Assembly (NCBI GenBank): GCA_964016885.1
Contig: OZ024743.1
Location: forward strand, 5,828,001-5,892,000
Length of the DNA: 64,000 nt
Reading direction: 5' to 3'
Source of the DNA: Eledone cirrhosa
Taxonomy: Eukaryota
Made by a program: the position numbers and the translations under genes. Positions 37,201 through 51,400 of this stretch are shown piece by piece; position 1 is the first letter of the stretch, and the number at the start of each line of letters is the position of its first letter. The notes below the pieces were generated by a model. It was given only the letters and a program-made list of their open reading frames with translations. It did not search any database and had not been told where the DNA came from.

Positions 37201-40200
37201 GACCCCAGTAGTCTGTTAGTCAGTGTTGTCTTAGCTGAGCAGTTAAAACACACCTCTAGACCCCAGTAGTCTGTTAGTCAGTGTTGTCTTAGCTGAGCAG
37301 TTAAAACACACCTCTAGCCCCCAGTAGTCTGTTAGTCAGCGTTGTCTTAGCCAAGCAGTCACAACACACCTCTAGCCCCCAGTAGTCTGTTAGTCAGTAT
37401 CACCTTAGCTGAGCAGTTAAAACACACATCTAGACCACAGTAGTCTGTTAGTCATTGTCACCTTAGCCAAGCAGTTAAAACACACCTCTAGCCCCCAGTA
37501 GTCTGTTAGTCAGTGTTTTCTCAGCTGAGCAGTCAAAACACACCTCTAGCCCCCAGTAGTCTGTTAGTCAGTGTTTTCTCAGCTGAGCAGTCAAAACACA
37601 CCTCTAGCCCCCAGTAGTCTGTTAGTCAGTGTTGTCTTAGCCAAGCAGTTAAAACACATCTCTAGCCCCAGTAGTCTGTTAGTCAGTGTCACCTTAGCCA
37701 AGCAGTTAAAACACACCTCTAGCCCCCAGTAGTCTGTTAGTCAGTGTTGTCTTAGCCAAGCAGTTAAAACACACCTCTAGCCCCGAGTAGTCTGTTAGTC
37801 AGTGTTGTCTTAGCTGAGCAGTTAAAACACACCTCTAGCCCCCAGTAGTCTGTTAGTCAGTGTCACCTTAGCTGAGCAGTTAAAACACACCTCTAGCTCC
37901 CAGTAGTCTGTTAGTCAGTGTTGTCTTAGCTGAGCAGTCAAAACACACCTCTAGCCCCCAGTAGTCTGTTAGTCAGTGTTTTCTTAGCCAAGCAGTTAAA
38001 ACACACCTCTAGCTCCCAGTAGTCTGTTAGTCAGTGTCACCTTAGCCAAGCAGTTAAAACACACCTCTAGACCCCAGTAGTCTGTTAGTCAGTGTTGTCT
38101 TAGCCAAGCAGTCAAAACACACCTCTAGCCCCCAGTAGTCTGTTAGTCAGTGTTGTCTTAGCCAAGCAGTTAAAACACACCTCTAGCCCCCAGTAGTCTG
38201 TTAGTCAGTGTCACCTTAGCCAAGCAGTTAAAACACATCTCTAGCTCCCAGTAGTCTGTTAGTCAGTGTTGTCTTAGCCAAGCAGTCAAAACACACCTCT
38301 AGCCCCCAGTAGTCTGTTAGTCAGTTTTGTCTTAGCCAAGCAGTTAAAACACACCTCTAGACCCCAGTAGTCTGTTAGTCAATGTTGTCTTAGCCAAGCA
38401 GTCAAAACACACCTCTAGACCCCAGTAGTCTGTTAGTCAGTGTTGTCTTAGCCAAGCAGTCAAAACACACCTCTAGACCCCAGTAGTCTGTTAGTCAGTG
38501 TTGTCTTAGCCAAGCAGTTAAAACACACCTCTAGACCCCAGTAGTCTGTTAGTCAGTGTTGTCTTAGCCAAGCAGTCAAAACACACCTCTAGACCCCAGT
38601 TGTCTGTTAGTCAGTGTTGTCTTAGCCAAGCAGTCAAAACACACCTCTAGACCCCAGTAGTCTGTTAGTCAGGGTTGTCTTAGCCAAGCAGTCAAAACAC
38701 ACCTCTAGACCCTAGTAGTCTGTTAGTCAGTGTTGTCTTAGCCAAGCAGTTAAAACACACCTCTAGACCCCAGTAGTCTGTTAGTCAGTGTTGTCTTAGC
38801 CAAGCAGTCAAAACACACCTCTAGACCCCAGTAGTCTGTTAGTCAGTGTTGTCTTAGCCAAGCAGTCAAAACACACCTCTAGACCCCAGTAGTCTGTTAG
38901 TCAGTGTCACCTTAGCCAAGCAGTTAAAACGCACCTCTAGCCCCCAGTAGTCTGTTAGTCAGTGTTGTCTTAGCCAAGCAGTTAAAACACATCTCTAGCC
39001 CCTAGTAGTCTGTTAGTCAGTGTTGTCTTAGCCAAGCAGTCAAAACACACTTCTAGACCCCAGTAGTCTGTTAATCAGTGTTGTCTTAGCCAAGCAGTCA
39101 CAACGCACCTCTAGACCCCAGTAGTCTGTTAGTCAGTGTTGTCTTAGCTGAGCAGTCAAAACACACCTCTAGCCCCCAGTAGTCTGTTAGTCAGTGTTGT
39201 CTTAGCCAAGCAGTTAAAACACACCTCTAGCCCCCAGTAGTCTGTTAGTCAGTGTCACCTTAGCCAAGCAGTTAAAACACACCTCTAGACCCCAGTAGTC
39301 TGTTAGTCAGTGTTGTCTTAGCCAAGCAGTCAAAACACACCTCTAGCCCCCAGTAGTCTGTTAGTCAGTGTTGTCTTAGCCAAGCAGTTAAAACACACCT
39401 CTAGCCCCCAGTAGTCTGTTAGTCAGTGTCACCTTAGCCAAGCAGTTAAAACACATCTCTAGCTCCCAGTAGTCTGTTAGTCAGTGTTGTCTTAGCCAAG
39501 CAGTCAAAACACACCTCTAGCCCCCAGTAGTCTGTTAGTCAGTGTTGTCTTAGCCAAGCAGTTAAAACACATCTCTAGCCCCCAGTAGTCTGTTAGTCAG
39601 TGTTGTCTTAGCCAAGCAGTTAAAACACACCTCTAGCTCCCAGTAGTCTGTTAGTCAGTGTTGTCTTAGCCAAGCAGTTAAAACACACCTCTAGCCCCCA
39701 GTAGTCTGTTAGTCAGTGTCACCTTAGCCAAGCAGTTAAAACACACCTCTCGACCCCAGTAGTCTGTTAGTCAGTGTTGTCTTAGCCAAGCAGTTAAAAC
39801 ACATCTCTAGCTCCCAGTAGTCTGTTAGTCAGTGTCACCTTAGCCAAGCAGTTAAAACACACCTCTAGCCCCCAGTAGTCTGTTAGTCAGTATCACCTTA
39901 GCCAAGCAGTCAAAACACACCTCTAGCCCCCAGTAGTCTGATAGTCAGTGTTGTCTTAGCCAAGCAGTCAAAACACACCTCTAGACCCCAGTAGTCTGTT
40001 AGTCAGTGTTGTCTTAGCCAAGCAGTCAAAACACACCTCTAGACCCCAGTAGTCTGTTAGTCAGTGTCACCTTAGCCAAGCAGTTAAAACACACCTCTAG
40101 CCCCCAGTAGTCTGTTAGTCAGTGTTGTCTTAGCCAAGCAGTTAAAACACATCTCTAGCCCCTAGTAGTCTGTTAGTCAGTGTTGTCTTAGCCAGGCAGT

Positions 40201-43200
40201 CAAAACACACCTCTAGACCCCAGTAGTCTGTTAATCAGTGTTGTCTTAGCCAAGCAGTCACAACACACCTCTAGACCCCAGTAGTCTGTTAGTCAGTGTC
40301 ACCTTAGCTGATCAGTTAAAACACACCTCTAGCTCCCAGTAGTCTGTTAGTCAGTATCACCTTAGCCAAGCAGTTAAAACACATCTCTAGACCCCAGTAG
40401 TCTGTTAGTCAGTGTTGTCTTAGCTGAGCAGTCACAACACACCTCTAGACCCCAGTAGTCTGTTAGTCAGTATCACCTTAGCTGAGCAGTTAAAACACAC
40501 CTCTAGCCCCCAGTAGTCTGTTAGTCAGTGTTGTCTTAGCCAAGCGGTGAAAACACACCTCTAGACCCCAGTAGTCTGTTAGTCAGTGTTTTCTTAGCCA
40601 AGCAGTTAAAACACACCTCTAGCTCCCAGTAGTCTGTTTGTCTGTGTTGTCTTAGCTGAGCAGTTAAAACACACCTCTAGACCCCAGTAGTCTGTTAGTC
40701 AGTGTTGTCTTAGCCAAGCAGTTAAAACACACCTCTAGACCCCAGTAGTCTGTTAGTCAGTGTTTTCTTAGCCAAGCAGTTAAAACACATCTCTAGACCC
40801 CAGTAGTCTGTTAGTCAGCGTTGTCTTAGCCAAGCAGTCACAACACACCTCTAGCCCCCAGTAGTCTGTTAGTCAGTATCACCTTAGCTGAGCAGTTAAA
40901 ACACACCTCTAGACCCCAGTAGTCTGTTAGTCATTGTCACCTTAGCCAAGCAGTTAAAACACACCTCTAGCCCCCAGTAGTCTGTTAGTCAGTGTTTTCT
41001 CAGCTGAGCAGTCAAAACACACCTCTAGCCCCCAGTAGTCTGTTAGTCAGTGTTTTCTCAGCTGAGCAGTCAAAACACACCTCTAGCCCCCAGTAGTCTG
41101 TTAGTCAGTGTTGTCTTAGCCAAGCAGTTAAAACACATCTCTAGCCCCAGTAGTCTGTTAGTCAGTGTAACCTTAGCCAAGCAGTTAAAACACACCTCTA
41201 GCCCCCAGTAGTCTGTTAGTCAGTGTTGTCTTAGCTGAGCAGTTAAAACACACCTCTTGCCCCGAGTAGTCTGTTAGTCAGTGTTGTCTTAGCTGAGCAG
41301 TTAAAACACACCTCTAGACCCGAGTAGTCTGTTAGTCAGTGTCACCTTAGCTAAGCAGTTAAAACACACCTCTAGCCCCCAGTAGTCTGTTAGTCAGTGT
41401 TGTCTTAGCTGAGCAGTTAAAACACACCTCTAGCCCCCAGTAGTCTGTTAGTCAGTGTTGTCTTAGCTGAGCAGTCACAACACACCTCTAGCCCCCAGTA
41501 GTCTGTTAGTCAGTATCACCTTAGCTGAGCAGTTAAAACACACCTCTAGACCCCAGTAGTCTGTTAGTCAGTGTTGTCTTAGCTGAGCAGTTAAAACACA
41601 CCTCTAGACCCCAGTAGTCTGTTAGTCAGTGTTGTCTTAGCTTAGCAGTTAAAACACACCTCTAGCCCCCAGTAGTCTGTTAGTCAGTGTTGTCTTAGCT
41701 GAGCAGTCACAACACACCTCTAGCCCCCAGTAGTCTGTTAGTCAGTATCACCTTAACTGAGCAGTTAAAACACACCTCTAGACCCCAGTAGTCTGTTAGT
41801 CAGTGTTGTCTTAGCTGAGCAGTTAAAACACACCTCTTGACCCCAGTAGTCTGTTAGTCAGTGTTGTCTTAGCTGAGCAGTTAAAACACACCTCTAGCCC
41901 CCAGTAGTCTGTTAGTCAGCGTTGTCTTAGCCAAGCAGTCACAACACACCTCTAGCCCCCAGTAGTCTGTTAGTCAGTATCACCTTAGCTGAGCAGTTAA
42001 AACACACATCTAGACCACAGTAGTCTGTTAGTCAGTGTTGTCTTAGCCAAGCAGTTAAAAAACACCTCTAGCCCCGAGTAGTCTGTTAGTCAGTGTTGTC
42101 TTAGCTGAGCAGTTAAAACACACCTCTAGCCCCCAGTAGTCTGTTAGTCAGTGTCACCTTAGCTGAGCAGTTAAAACACACCTCTAGCTCCCAGTAGTCT
42201 GTTAGTCAGTGTTGTCTTAGCTGAGCAGTCAAAACACACCTCTAGCCCCCAGTAGTCTGTTAGTCAGTGTTTTCTTAGCCAAGCAGTTAAAACACACCTC
42301 TAGCTCCCAGTAGTCTGTTAGTCAGTGTCACCTTAGCCAAGCAGTTAAAACACACCTCTAGACCCCAGTAGTCTGTTAGTCAGTGTTGTCTTAGCCAAGC
42401 AGTCAAAACACACCTCTAGCCCCCAGTAGTCTGTTAGTCAGTGTTGTCTTAGCCAAGCAGTTAAAACACACCTCTAGACCCCAGTAGTCTGTTAGTCAAT
42501 GTTGTCTTAGCCAAGCAGTCAAAACACACCTCTAGACCCCAGTAGTCTGTTAGTCAGTGTTGTCTTAGCCAAGCAGTCAAAACACACCTCTAGACCCCAG
42601 TAGTCTGTTAGTCAGTGTTGTCTTAGCCAAGCAGTTAAAACACACCTCTAGACCCCAGTAGTCTGTTAGTCAGTGTTGTCTTAGCCAAGCAGTCAAAACA
42701 CACCTCTAGACCCCAGTTGTCTGTTAGTCAGTGTTGTCTTAGCCAAGCAGTCAAAACACACCTCTAGACCCCAGTAGTCTGTTAGTCAGTGTTGTCTTAG
42801 CCAAACAGTTAAAACACACCTCTAGACCCCAGTAGTCTGTTAGTCAGTGTTGTCTTAGCCAAGCAGTCAAAACACACCTCTAGACCCCAGTAGTCTGTTA
42901 GTCAGTGTTGTCTTAGCCAAGCAGTCAAAACACACCTCTAGACCCTAGTAGTCTGTTAGTCAGTGTTGTCTTAGCCAAGCAGTTAAAACACACCTCTAGA
43001 CCCCAGTAGTCTGTTAGTCAGTGTTGTCTTAGCCAAGCAGTCAAAACACACCTCTAGACCCCAGTAGTCTGTTAGTCAGTGTTGTCTTAGCCAAGCAGTC
43101 AAAACACACCTCTAGACCCCAGTAGTCTGTTAGTCAGTGTCACCTTAGCCAAGCAGTTAAAACGCACCTCTAGCCCCCAGTAGTCTGTTAGTCAGTGTTG

Positions 43201-43400
43201 TCTTAGCCAAGCAGTTAAAACACATCTCTAGCCCCTAGTAGTCTGTTAGTCAGTGTTGTCTTAGCCAAGCAGTCAAAACACACTTCTAGACCCCAGTAGT
43301 CTGTTAATCAGTGTTGTCTTAGCCAAGCAGTCACAACACACCTCTAGACCCCAGTAGTCTGTTAGTCAGTGTCACCTTAGCTGAGCAGTTGAAACACACC
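34300..43400. repeat. Older duplication (offset about 4.2-4.9 kb) eroded by whole-monomer indels
   Basis: CTCTCGAC at 34881/39751 (offset 4870). CTGATC at 35558/40312 and CTCTTGCC at 36504/41258 (4754). AAACGCACC at 38931/43164 (4233). Confidence 0.85.
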
Positions 43401-46400
43401 TCTAGCTCCCAGTAGTCTGTTAGTCAGTATCACCTTAGCCAAGCAGTTAAAACACATCTCTAGACCCCAGTAGTCTGTTAGTCAGTGTTGTCTTAGCCAA
43501 GCAGTTAAAACACACCTCTAGACCCCAGTAGTCTGTTAGTCAGTGTTGTCTTAGCCAAGCGGTTAAAACACACCTCTAGACCTCAGTAGTCTGTTAGTCA
43601 GTGTTGTCTTAGCTGAGCAGTCACAACACACCTCTAAACCCCAGTAGTCTGTTAGTCAGTATCACCTTAGCTGAGCAGTTAAAACACACCTCTAGCCCCC
43701 AGTAGTCTGTTAGTCAGTGTTGTCTTAGCCAAGCGGTGAAAACACACCTCTAGACCCCAGTAGTCTGTTAGTCAGTGTTTTCTTAGCCAAGCAGTTAAAA
43801 CACACCTCTAGCTCCCAGTAGTCTGTTTGTCTGTGTTGTCTTAGCTGAGCAGTTAAAACACACCTCTAGACCCCAGTAGTCTGTTAGTCAGTGTTGTCTT
43901 AGCCAAGCAGTTAAAACACACCTCTAGACCCCAGTAGTCTGTTAGTCAGTGTTTTCTTAGCCAAGCAGTTAAAACACACCTCTAGACCCCAGTGGACTGT
44001 TAGTCAGCGTTGTCTTAGCCTAGCAGTCACAACACACCTCTAGCCCCCAGTAGTCTGTTAGTCAGTATCACCTTAGCTGAGCAGTTAAAACACACCTCTA
44101 GACCCCAGTAGTCTGTTAGTCATTGTCACCTTAGCCAAGCAGTTAAAACACACCTCTAGCCCCCAGTAGTCTGTTAGTGAGTGTTTTCTCAGCTGAGCAG
44201 TCAAAACACACCTCGAGCCCCCAGTAGTCTGTTAGTCAGTGTTTTCTCAGCTGAGCAGTCAAAACACACCTCTAGCCCCCAGTAGTCTGTTAGTCAGTGT
44301 TGTCTTAGCCAAGCAGTTAAAACACATCTCTAGCCCAGTAGTCTGTTAGTCAGTGTAACCTTAGCCAAGCAGTTAAAACACACCTCTAGCCCCCAGTAGT
44401 CTGTTAGTCAGTGTTGTCTTAGCTGAGCAGTTAAAACACACCTCTAGCCCCGAGTAGTCTGTTAGTCAGTGTTGTCTTAGCCAAGCAGTCAAAACACACC
44501 TCTAGACCCCAGTAGTCTGTTAGTCAGTGTTGTCTTAGCCAAGCAGTCAAAACACACCTCTAGACCCCAGTAGTCTGTTAGTCAGTGTTGTCTTAGCCAA
44601 GCAGTTAAAACACACCTCTAGACCCCAGTAGTCTGTTAGTCAGTGTTGTCTTAGCCAAGCAGTCAAAACACACCTCTAGACCCCAGTTGTCTGTTAGTCA
44701 GTGTTGTCTTAGCCAAGCAGTCAAAACACACCTCTAGACCCCAGTAGTCTGTTAGTCAGTGTTGTCTTAGCCAAGCAGTTAAAACACACCTCTAGACCCC
44801 AGTAGTCTGTTAGTCAGTGTTGTCTTAGCCAAGCAGTCAAAACACATCTCTAGACCCCAGTAGTCTGTTAGTCAGTGTTGTCTTAGCCAAGCAGTCAAAA
44901 CACACCTCTAGACCCTAGTAGTCTGTTAGTCAGTGTTGTCTTAGCCAAGCAGTTAAAACACACCTCTAGACCCCAGTAGTCTGTTAGTCAGTGTTGTCTT
45001 AGCCAAGCAGTCAAAACACACCTCTAGACCCCAGTAGTCTGTTAGTCAGTGTTGTCTTAGCCAAGCAGTCAAAACACATCTCTAGACCCCAGTAGTCTGT
45101 TAGTCAGTATCACCTTAGCTGAGCAGTTAAAACACACCTCTAGACCCCAGTAGTCTGTTAGTCAGTGTCACCTTAGCCAAGCAGTTAAAACGCACCTCTA
45201 GCCCCCAGTAGTCTGTTAGTCAGTGTTGTCTTAGCCAAGCAGTTAAAACACATCTCTAGCCCCTAGTAGTCTGTTAGTCAGTGTTGTCTTAGCCAAGCAG
45301 TCAAAACACACTTCTAGACCCCAGTAGTCTGTTAATCAGTGTTGTCTTAGCCAAGCAGTCACAACACACCTCTAGACCCCAGTAGTCTGTTAGTCAGTGT
45401 CACCTTAGCTGAGCAGTTGAAACACACCTCTAGCTCCCAGTAGTCTGTTAGTCAGTATCACCTTAGCCAAGCAGTTAAAACACATCTCTAGACCCCAGTA
45501 GTCTGTTAGTCAGTGTTGTCTTCGCCAAGCAGTTAAAACACACCTGTAGACCCCAGTAGTCTGTTAGTCAGTGTTGTCTTAGCCAAGCGGTTAAAACACA
45601 CCTCTAGACCTCAGTAGTCTGTTAGTCAGTGTTGTCTTAGCTGAGCAGTCACAACACACCTCTAGACCCCAGTAGTCTGTTAGTCAGTATCACCTTAGCT
45701 GAGCAGTTAAAACACACCTCTAGCCCCCAGTAGTCTGTTAGTCAGTGTTGTCTTAGCCAAGCGGTGAAAACACACCTCTAGACCCCAGTAGTCTGTTAGT
45801 CAGTGTTTTCTTAGCCAAGCAGTTAAAACACACCTCTAGCTCCCAGTAGTCTGTTTGTCTGTGTTGTCTTAGCTGAGCAGTTAAAACACACCTCTAGACC
45901 CCAGTAGTCTGTTAGTCAGTGTTGTCTTAGCCAAGCAGTTAAAACACACCTCTAGACCCCAGTAGTCTGTTAGTCAGTGTTTTCTTAGCCAAGCAGTTAA
46001 AACACACCTCTAGACCCCAGTGGTCTGTTAGTCAGCGTTGTCTTAGCCTAGCAGTCACAACACACCTCTAGCCCCCAGTAGTCTGTTAGTCAGTATCACC
46101 TTAGCTGAGCAGTTAAAACACACCTCTAGACCCCAGTAGTCTGTTAGTCATTGTCACCTTAGCCAAGCAGTTAAAACACACCTCTAGCCCCCAGTAGTCT
46201 GTTAGTGAGTGTTTTCTCAGCTGAGCAGTCAAAACACACCTCTAGCCCCCAGTAGTCTGTTAGTCAGTGTTTTCTCAGCTGAGCAGTCAAAACACACCTC
46301 TAGCCCCCAGTAGTCTGTTAGTCAGTGTTGTCTTAGCCAAGCAGTTAAAACACATCTCTAGCCCAGTAGTCTGTTAGTCAGTGTAACCTTAGCCAAGCAG

Positions 46401-48480
46401 TTAAAACACACCTCTAGCCCCCAGTAGTCTGTTAGTCAGTGTTGTCTTAGCTGAGCAGTTAAAACACACCTCTAGCCCCGAGTAGTCTGTTAGTCAGTGT
46501 TGTCTTAGCCAAGCAGTCAAAACACACCTCTAGACCCCAGTCGTCTGTTAGTCAGTGTTGTCTTAGCCAAGCAGTCAAAACACACCTCTAGACCCCAGTA
46601 GTCTGTTAGTCAGTGTTGTCTTAGCCAAGCAGTTAAAACACACCTCTAGACCCCAGTAGTCTGTTAGTCAGTGTTGTCTTAGCCAAGCAGTCAAAACACA
46701 CCTCTAGACCCCAGTTGTCTGTTAGTCAGTGTTGTCTTAGCCAAGCAGTCAAAACACACCTCTAGACCCCAGTAGTCTGTTAGTCAGTGTTGTCTTAGCC
46801 AAGCAGTTAAAACACACCTCTAGACCCCAGTAGTCTGTTAGTCAGTGTTGTCTTAGCCAAGCAGTCAAAACACACCTCTAGACCCCAGTAGTCTGTTAGT
46901 CAGTGTTGTCTTAGCCAAGCAGTCAAAACACACCTCTAGACCCTAGTAGTCTGTTAGTCAGTGTTGTCTTAGCCAAGCAGTTAAAACACACCTCTAGACC
47001 CCAGTAGTCTGTTAGTCAGTGTTGTCTTAGCCAAGCAGTCAAAACACACCTCTAGACCCCAGTAGTCTGTTAGTCAGTGTTGTCTTAGCCAAGCAGTCAA
47101 AACACACCTCTAGACCCCAGTAGTCTGTTAGTCAGTGTCACCTTAGCCAAGCAGTTAAAACGCACCTCTAGCCCCCAGTAGTCTGTTAGTCAGTGTTGTC
47201 TTAGCCAAGCAGTTAAAACACATCTCTAGCCCCTAGTAGTCTGTTAGTCAGTGTTGTCTTAGCCAAGCAGTCAAAACACACTTCTAGACCCCAGTAGTCT
47301 GTTAATCAGTGTTGTCTTAGCCAAGCAGTCACAACACACCTCTAGACCCCAGTAGTCTGTTAGTCAGTGTCACCTTAGCTGAGCAGTTGAAACACACCTC
47401 TAGCTCCCAGTAGTCTGTTAGTCAGTATCACCTTAGCCAAGCAGTTAAAACACATCTCTAGACCCCAGTAGTCTGTTAGTCAGTGTTGTCTTAGCCAAGC
47501 AGTTAAAACACACCTCTAGACCCCAGTAGTCTGTTAGTCAGTGTTGTCTTAGCCAAGCGGTTAAAACACACCTCTAGGCCTCAGTAGTCTGTTAGTCAGT
47601 GTTGTCTTAGCTGAGCAGTCACAACACACCTCTAGACCCCAGTAGTCTGTTAGTCAGTATCACCTTAGCTGAGCAGTTAAAACACACCTCTAGCCCCCAG
47701 TAGTCTGTTAGTCAGTGTTGTCTTAGCCAAGCGGTGAAAACACACCTCTAGACCCCAGTAGTCTGTTAGTCAGTGTTTTCTTAGCCAAGCAGTTAAAACA
47801 CACCTCTAGCTCCCAGTAGTCTGTTTGTCTGTGTTGTCTTAGCTGAGCAGTTAAAACACACCTCTAGACCCCAGTAGTCTGTTAGTCAGTGTTGTCTTAG
47901 CCAAGCAGTTAAAACACACCTCTAGACCCCAGTAGTCTGTTAGTCAGTGTTTTCTTAGCCAAGCAGTTAAAACACACCTCTAGACCCCAGTGGTCTGTTA
48001 GTCAGCGTTGTCTTAGCCTAGCAGTCACAACACACCTCTAGCCCCCAGTAGTCTGTTAGTCAGTATCACCTTAGCTGAGCAGTTAAAACACACCTCTAGA
48101 CCCCAGTAGTCTGTTAGTCATTGTCACCTTAGCCAAGCAGTTAAAACACACCTCTAGCCCACAGTAGTCTGTTAGTGAGTGTTTTCTCAGCTGAGCAGTC
48201 AAAACACACCTCTAGCCCCCAGTAGTCTGTTAGTCAGTGTTTTCTCAGCTGAGCAGTCAAAACACACCTCTAGCCCCCAGTAGTCTGTTAGTCAGTGTTG
48301 TCTTAGCCAAGCAGTTAAAACACATCTCTAGCCCAGTAGTCTGTTAGTCAGTGTAACCTTAGCCAAGCAGTTAAAACACACCTTTAGCCCCCAGTAGTCT
48401 GTTAGTCAGTGTTGTCTTAGCTGAGCAGTTAAAACACACCTCTAGCCCCGAGTAGTCTGTTAGTCAGTGTTGTCTTAGCT
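42480..48480. repeat. Three tandem copies of an about 2-kb block (34-35 monomers)
   Basis: AAACGCACC at 43164, 45192 and 47162, and the 56-bp TAGCCCAG unit at 44333, 46361 and 48331, give spacings of 2028 and 1970 in both cases. Confidence 0.9.
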
Positions 48481-51400
48481 GAGCAGTTAAAACACACCTG
48501 TAGCCCCCAGTAGTCTGTTAGTCAGTGTCACCTTAGCCAAGCAGTTAAAACACACCTCTAGCCCCCAGTAGTCTGTTAGTCAGTGTTGTCTTAGCTGAGC
48601 AGTTAAAACACACCTCTAGCCCCCAGTAGTCTGTTAGTCAGTGTTTTCTCAGCTGAGCAGTCAAAACACACCTCTAGCTCCCAGTAGTCTGTTAGTCAGT
48701 GTTGTCTTAGCTGAGCAGTCAAAACACACCTCTAGCCCCCAGTAGTCTGTTAGTCAGTGTTTTCTTAGCCAAGCAGTTAAAACACACCTCTAGCTCCCAG
48801 TAGTCTGTTAGTCAGTGTCACCTTAGCCTAGCAGTTAAAACACACCTCTAGACCCCAGTAGTCTGTTAGTCAGTGTCACCTTAGCTGAGCAGTTAAAACA
48901 CACCTCTAGACCCCAGTAGTCTGTTAGTCAGTGTTGTCTTAGCTGAGCAGTCAAAACACACCTCTAGACCCGAGTAGTCTGTTAGTCAGTGTCACCTTAG
49001 CCAAGCAGTTAAAACACACCTCTAGCCCCCAGTAGTCTGTTAGTCAGTGTTGTCTTAGCTGAGCAGTTAAAACACACCTCTAGCCCCCAGTAGTCTGTTA
49101 GTCAGTGTTGTCTTAGCTGAGCAGTCACAACACACCTCTAGCCCCCAGTAGTCTGTTAGTCAGTATCACCTTAGCTGAGCAGTTAAAACACACCTCTAGA
49201 CCCCAGTAGTCTGTTAGTCAGTGTTGTCTTAGCTGAGCAGTTGAAACACACCTCAAGACCCCAGTAGTCTGTTAGTCAGTGTTGTCTTAGCTGAGCAGTT
49301 AAAACACACCTCTAGCCCCCAGTAGTCTGTTAGTCAGTGTTGTCTTAGCTGAGCAGTCACAACACACCTCTAGCCCCCAGTAGTCTGTTAGTCAGTATCA
49401 CCTTAGCTGAGCAGTTAAAACACACCTCTAGACCCCAGTAGTCTGTTAGTCAGTGTTGTCTTAGCTGAGCAGTTAAAACACACCTCTAGACCCCAGTAGT
49501 CTGTTAGTCAGTGTTGTCTTAGCTGAGCAGTTAAAACACACCTCTAGCCCCCAGTAGTCTGATAGTCAGCGTTGTCTTAGCCAAGCAGTCACAACACACC
49601 TCTAGCCCCCAGTAGTCTGTTAGTCAGTATCACCTTAGCTGAGCAGTTAAAACACACCTCTAGACCCCAGTAGTCTGTTAGTCAGTGTTGTCTTAGCTGA
49701 GCAGTTAAAACACACCTCTAGACCACAGTAGTCTGTTAGTCATTGTCACCTTAGCCAAGCAGTTAAAACACACCTCTAGCCCCCAGTAGTCTGTTAGTCA
49801 GTGTTTTCTCAGCTGAGCAGTCAAAACACACCTCTAGCCCCCAGTAGTCTGTTAGTCAGTGTTTTCTCAGCTGAGCAGTCAAAACACACCTCTAGCCCCC
49901 AGTAGTCTGTTAGTCAGTGTTGTCTTAGCCAAGCAGTTAAAACACATCTCTAGCCCCAGTAGTCTGTTAGTCAGTGTCACCTTAGCCAAGCAGTTAAAAC
50001 ACACCTCTAGCCCCCAGTAGTCTGTTAGTCAGTGTTGTCTTAGCCAAGCAGTCAAAACACACCTCTAGACCCCAGTAGTCTGTTAGTCAGTGTTGTCTTA
50101 GCCAAGCAGTTAAAACACACCTCTAGACCCCAGTAGTCTGTTAGTCAGTGTTGTCTTAGCCAAGCAGTCAAAACACACCTCTAGACCCCAGTAGTCTGTT
50201 AGTCAGTGTTGTCTTAGCCAAGCAGTCAAAACACACCTCTAGACCCTAGTAGTCTGTTAGTCAGTGTTGTCTTAGCCAAGCAGTTAAAACACACCTCTAG
50301 ACCCCAGTAGTCTGTTAGTCAGTGTTGTCTTAGCCAAGCAGTCAAAACACACCTCTAGACCCCAGTAGTCTGTTAGTCAGTGTTGTCTTAGCCAAGCAGT
50401 CAAAACACACCTCTAGACCCCAGTAGTCTGTTAGTCAGTGTCACCTTAGCCAAGCAGTTAAAACGCACCTCTAGCCCCCAGTAGTCTGTTAGTCAGTGTT
50501 GTCTTAGCCAAGCAGTTAAAACACATCTCTAGCCCCTAGTAGTCTGTTAGTCAGTGTTGTCTTAGCCAAGCAGTCAAAACACACTTCTAGACCCCAGTAG
50601 TCTGTTAATCAGTGTTGTCTTAGCCAAGCAGTCACAACACACCTCTAGACCCCAGTAGTCTGTTAGTCAGTGTCACCTTAGCTGAGCAGTTGAAACACAC
50701 CTCTAGCTCCCAGTAGTCTGTTAGTCAGTATCACCTTAGCCAAGCAGTTAAAACACATCTCTAGACCCCAGTAGTCTGTTAGTCAGTGTTGTCTTAGCCA
50801 AGCAGTTAAAACACACCTCTAGACCCCAGTAGTCTGTTAGTCAGTGTTGTCTTAGCCAAGCGGTTAAAACACACCTCTAGACCTCAGTAGTCTGTTAGTC
50901 AGTGTTGTCTTAGCTGAGCAGTCACAACACACCTCTAGACCCCAGTAGTCTGTTAGTCAGTATCACCTTAGCTGAGCAGTTAAAACACACCTCTAGCCCC
51001 CAGTAGTCTGTTAGTCAGTGTTGTCTTAGCCAAGCGGTGAAAACACACCTCTAGACCCCAGTAGTCTGTTAGTCAGTGTTTTCTTAGCCAAGCAGTTAAA
51101 ACACACCTCTAGCTCCCAGTAGTCTGTTTGTCTGTGTTGTCTTAGCTGAGCAGTTAAAACACACCTCTAGACCCCAGTAGTCTGTTAGTCAGTGTTGTCT
51201 TAGCCAAGCAGTTAAAACACACCTCTAGACCCCAGTAGTCTGTTAGTCAGTGTTTTCTTAGCCAAGCAGTTAAAACACACCTCTAGACCCCAGTGGTCTG
51301 TTAGTCAGCGTTGTCTTAGCCTAGCAGTCACAACACACCTCTAGCCCCCAGTAGTCTGTTAGTCAGTATCACCTTAGCTGAGCAGTTAAAACACACCTCT

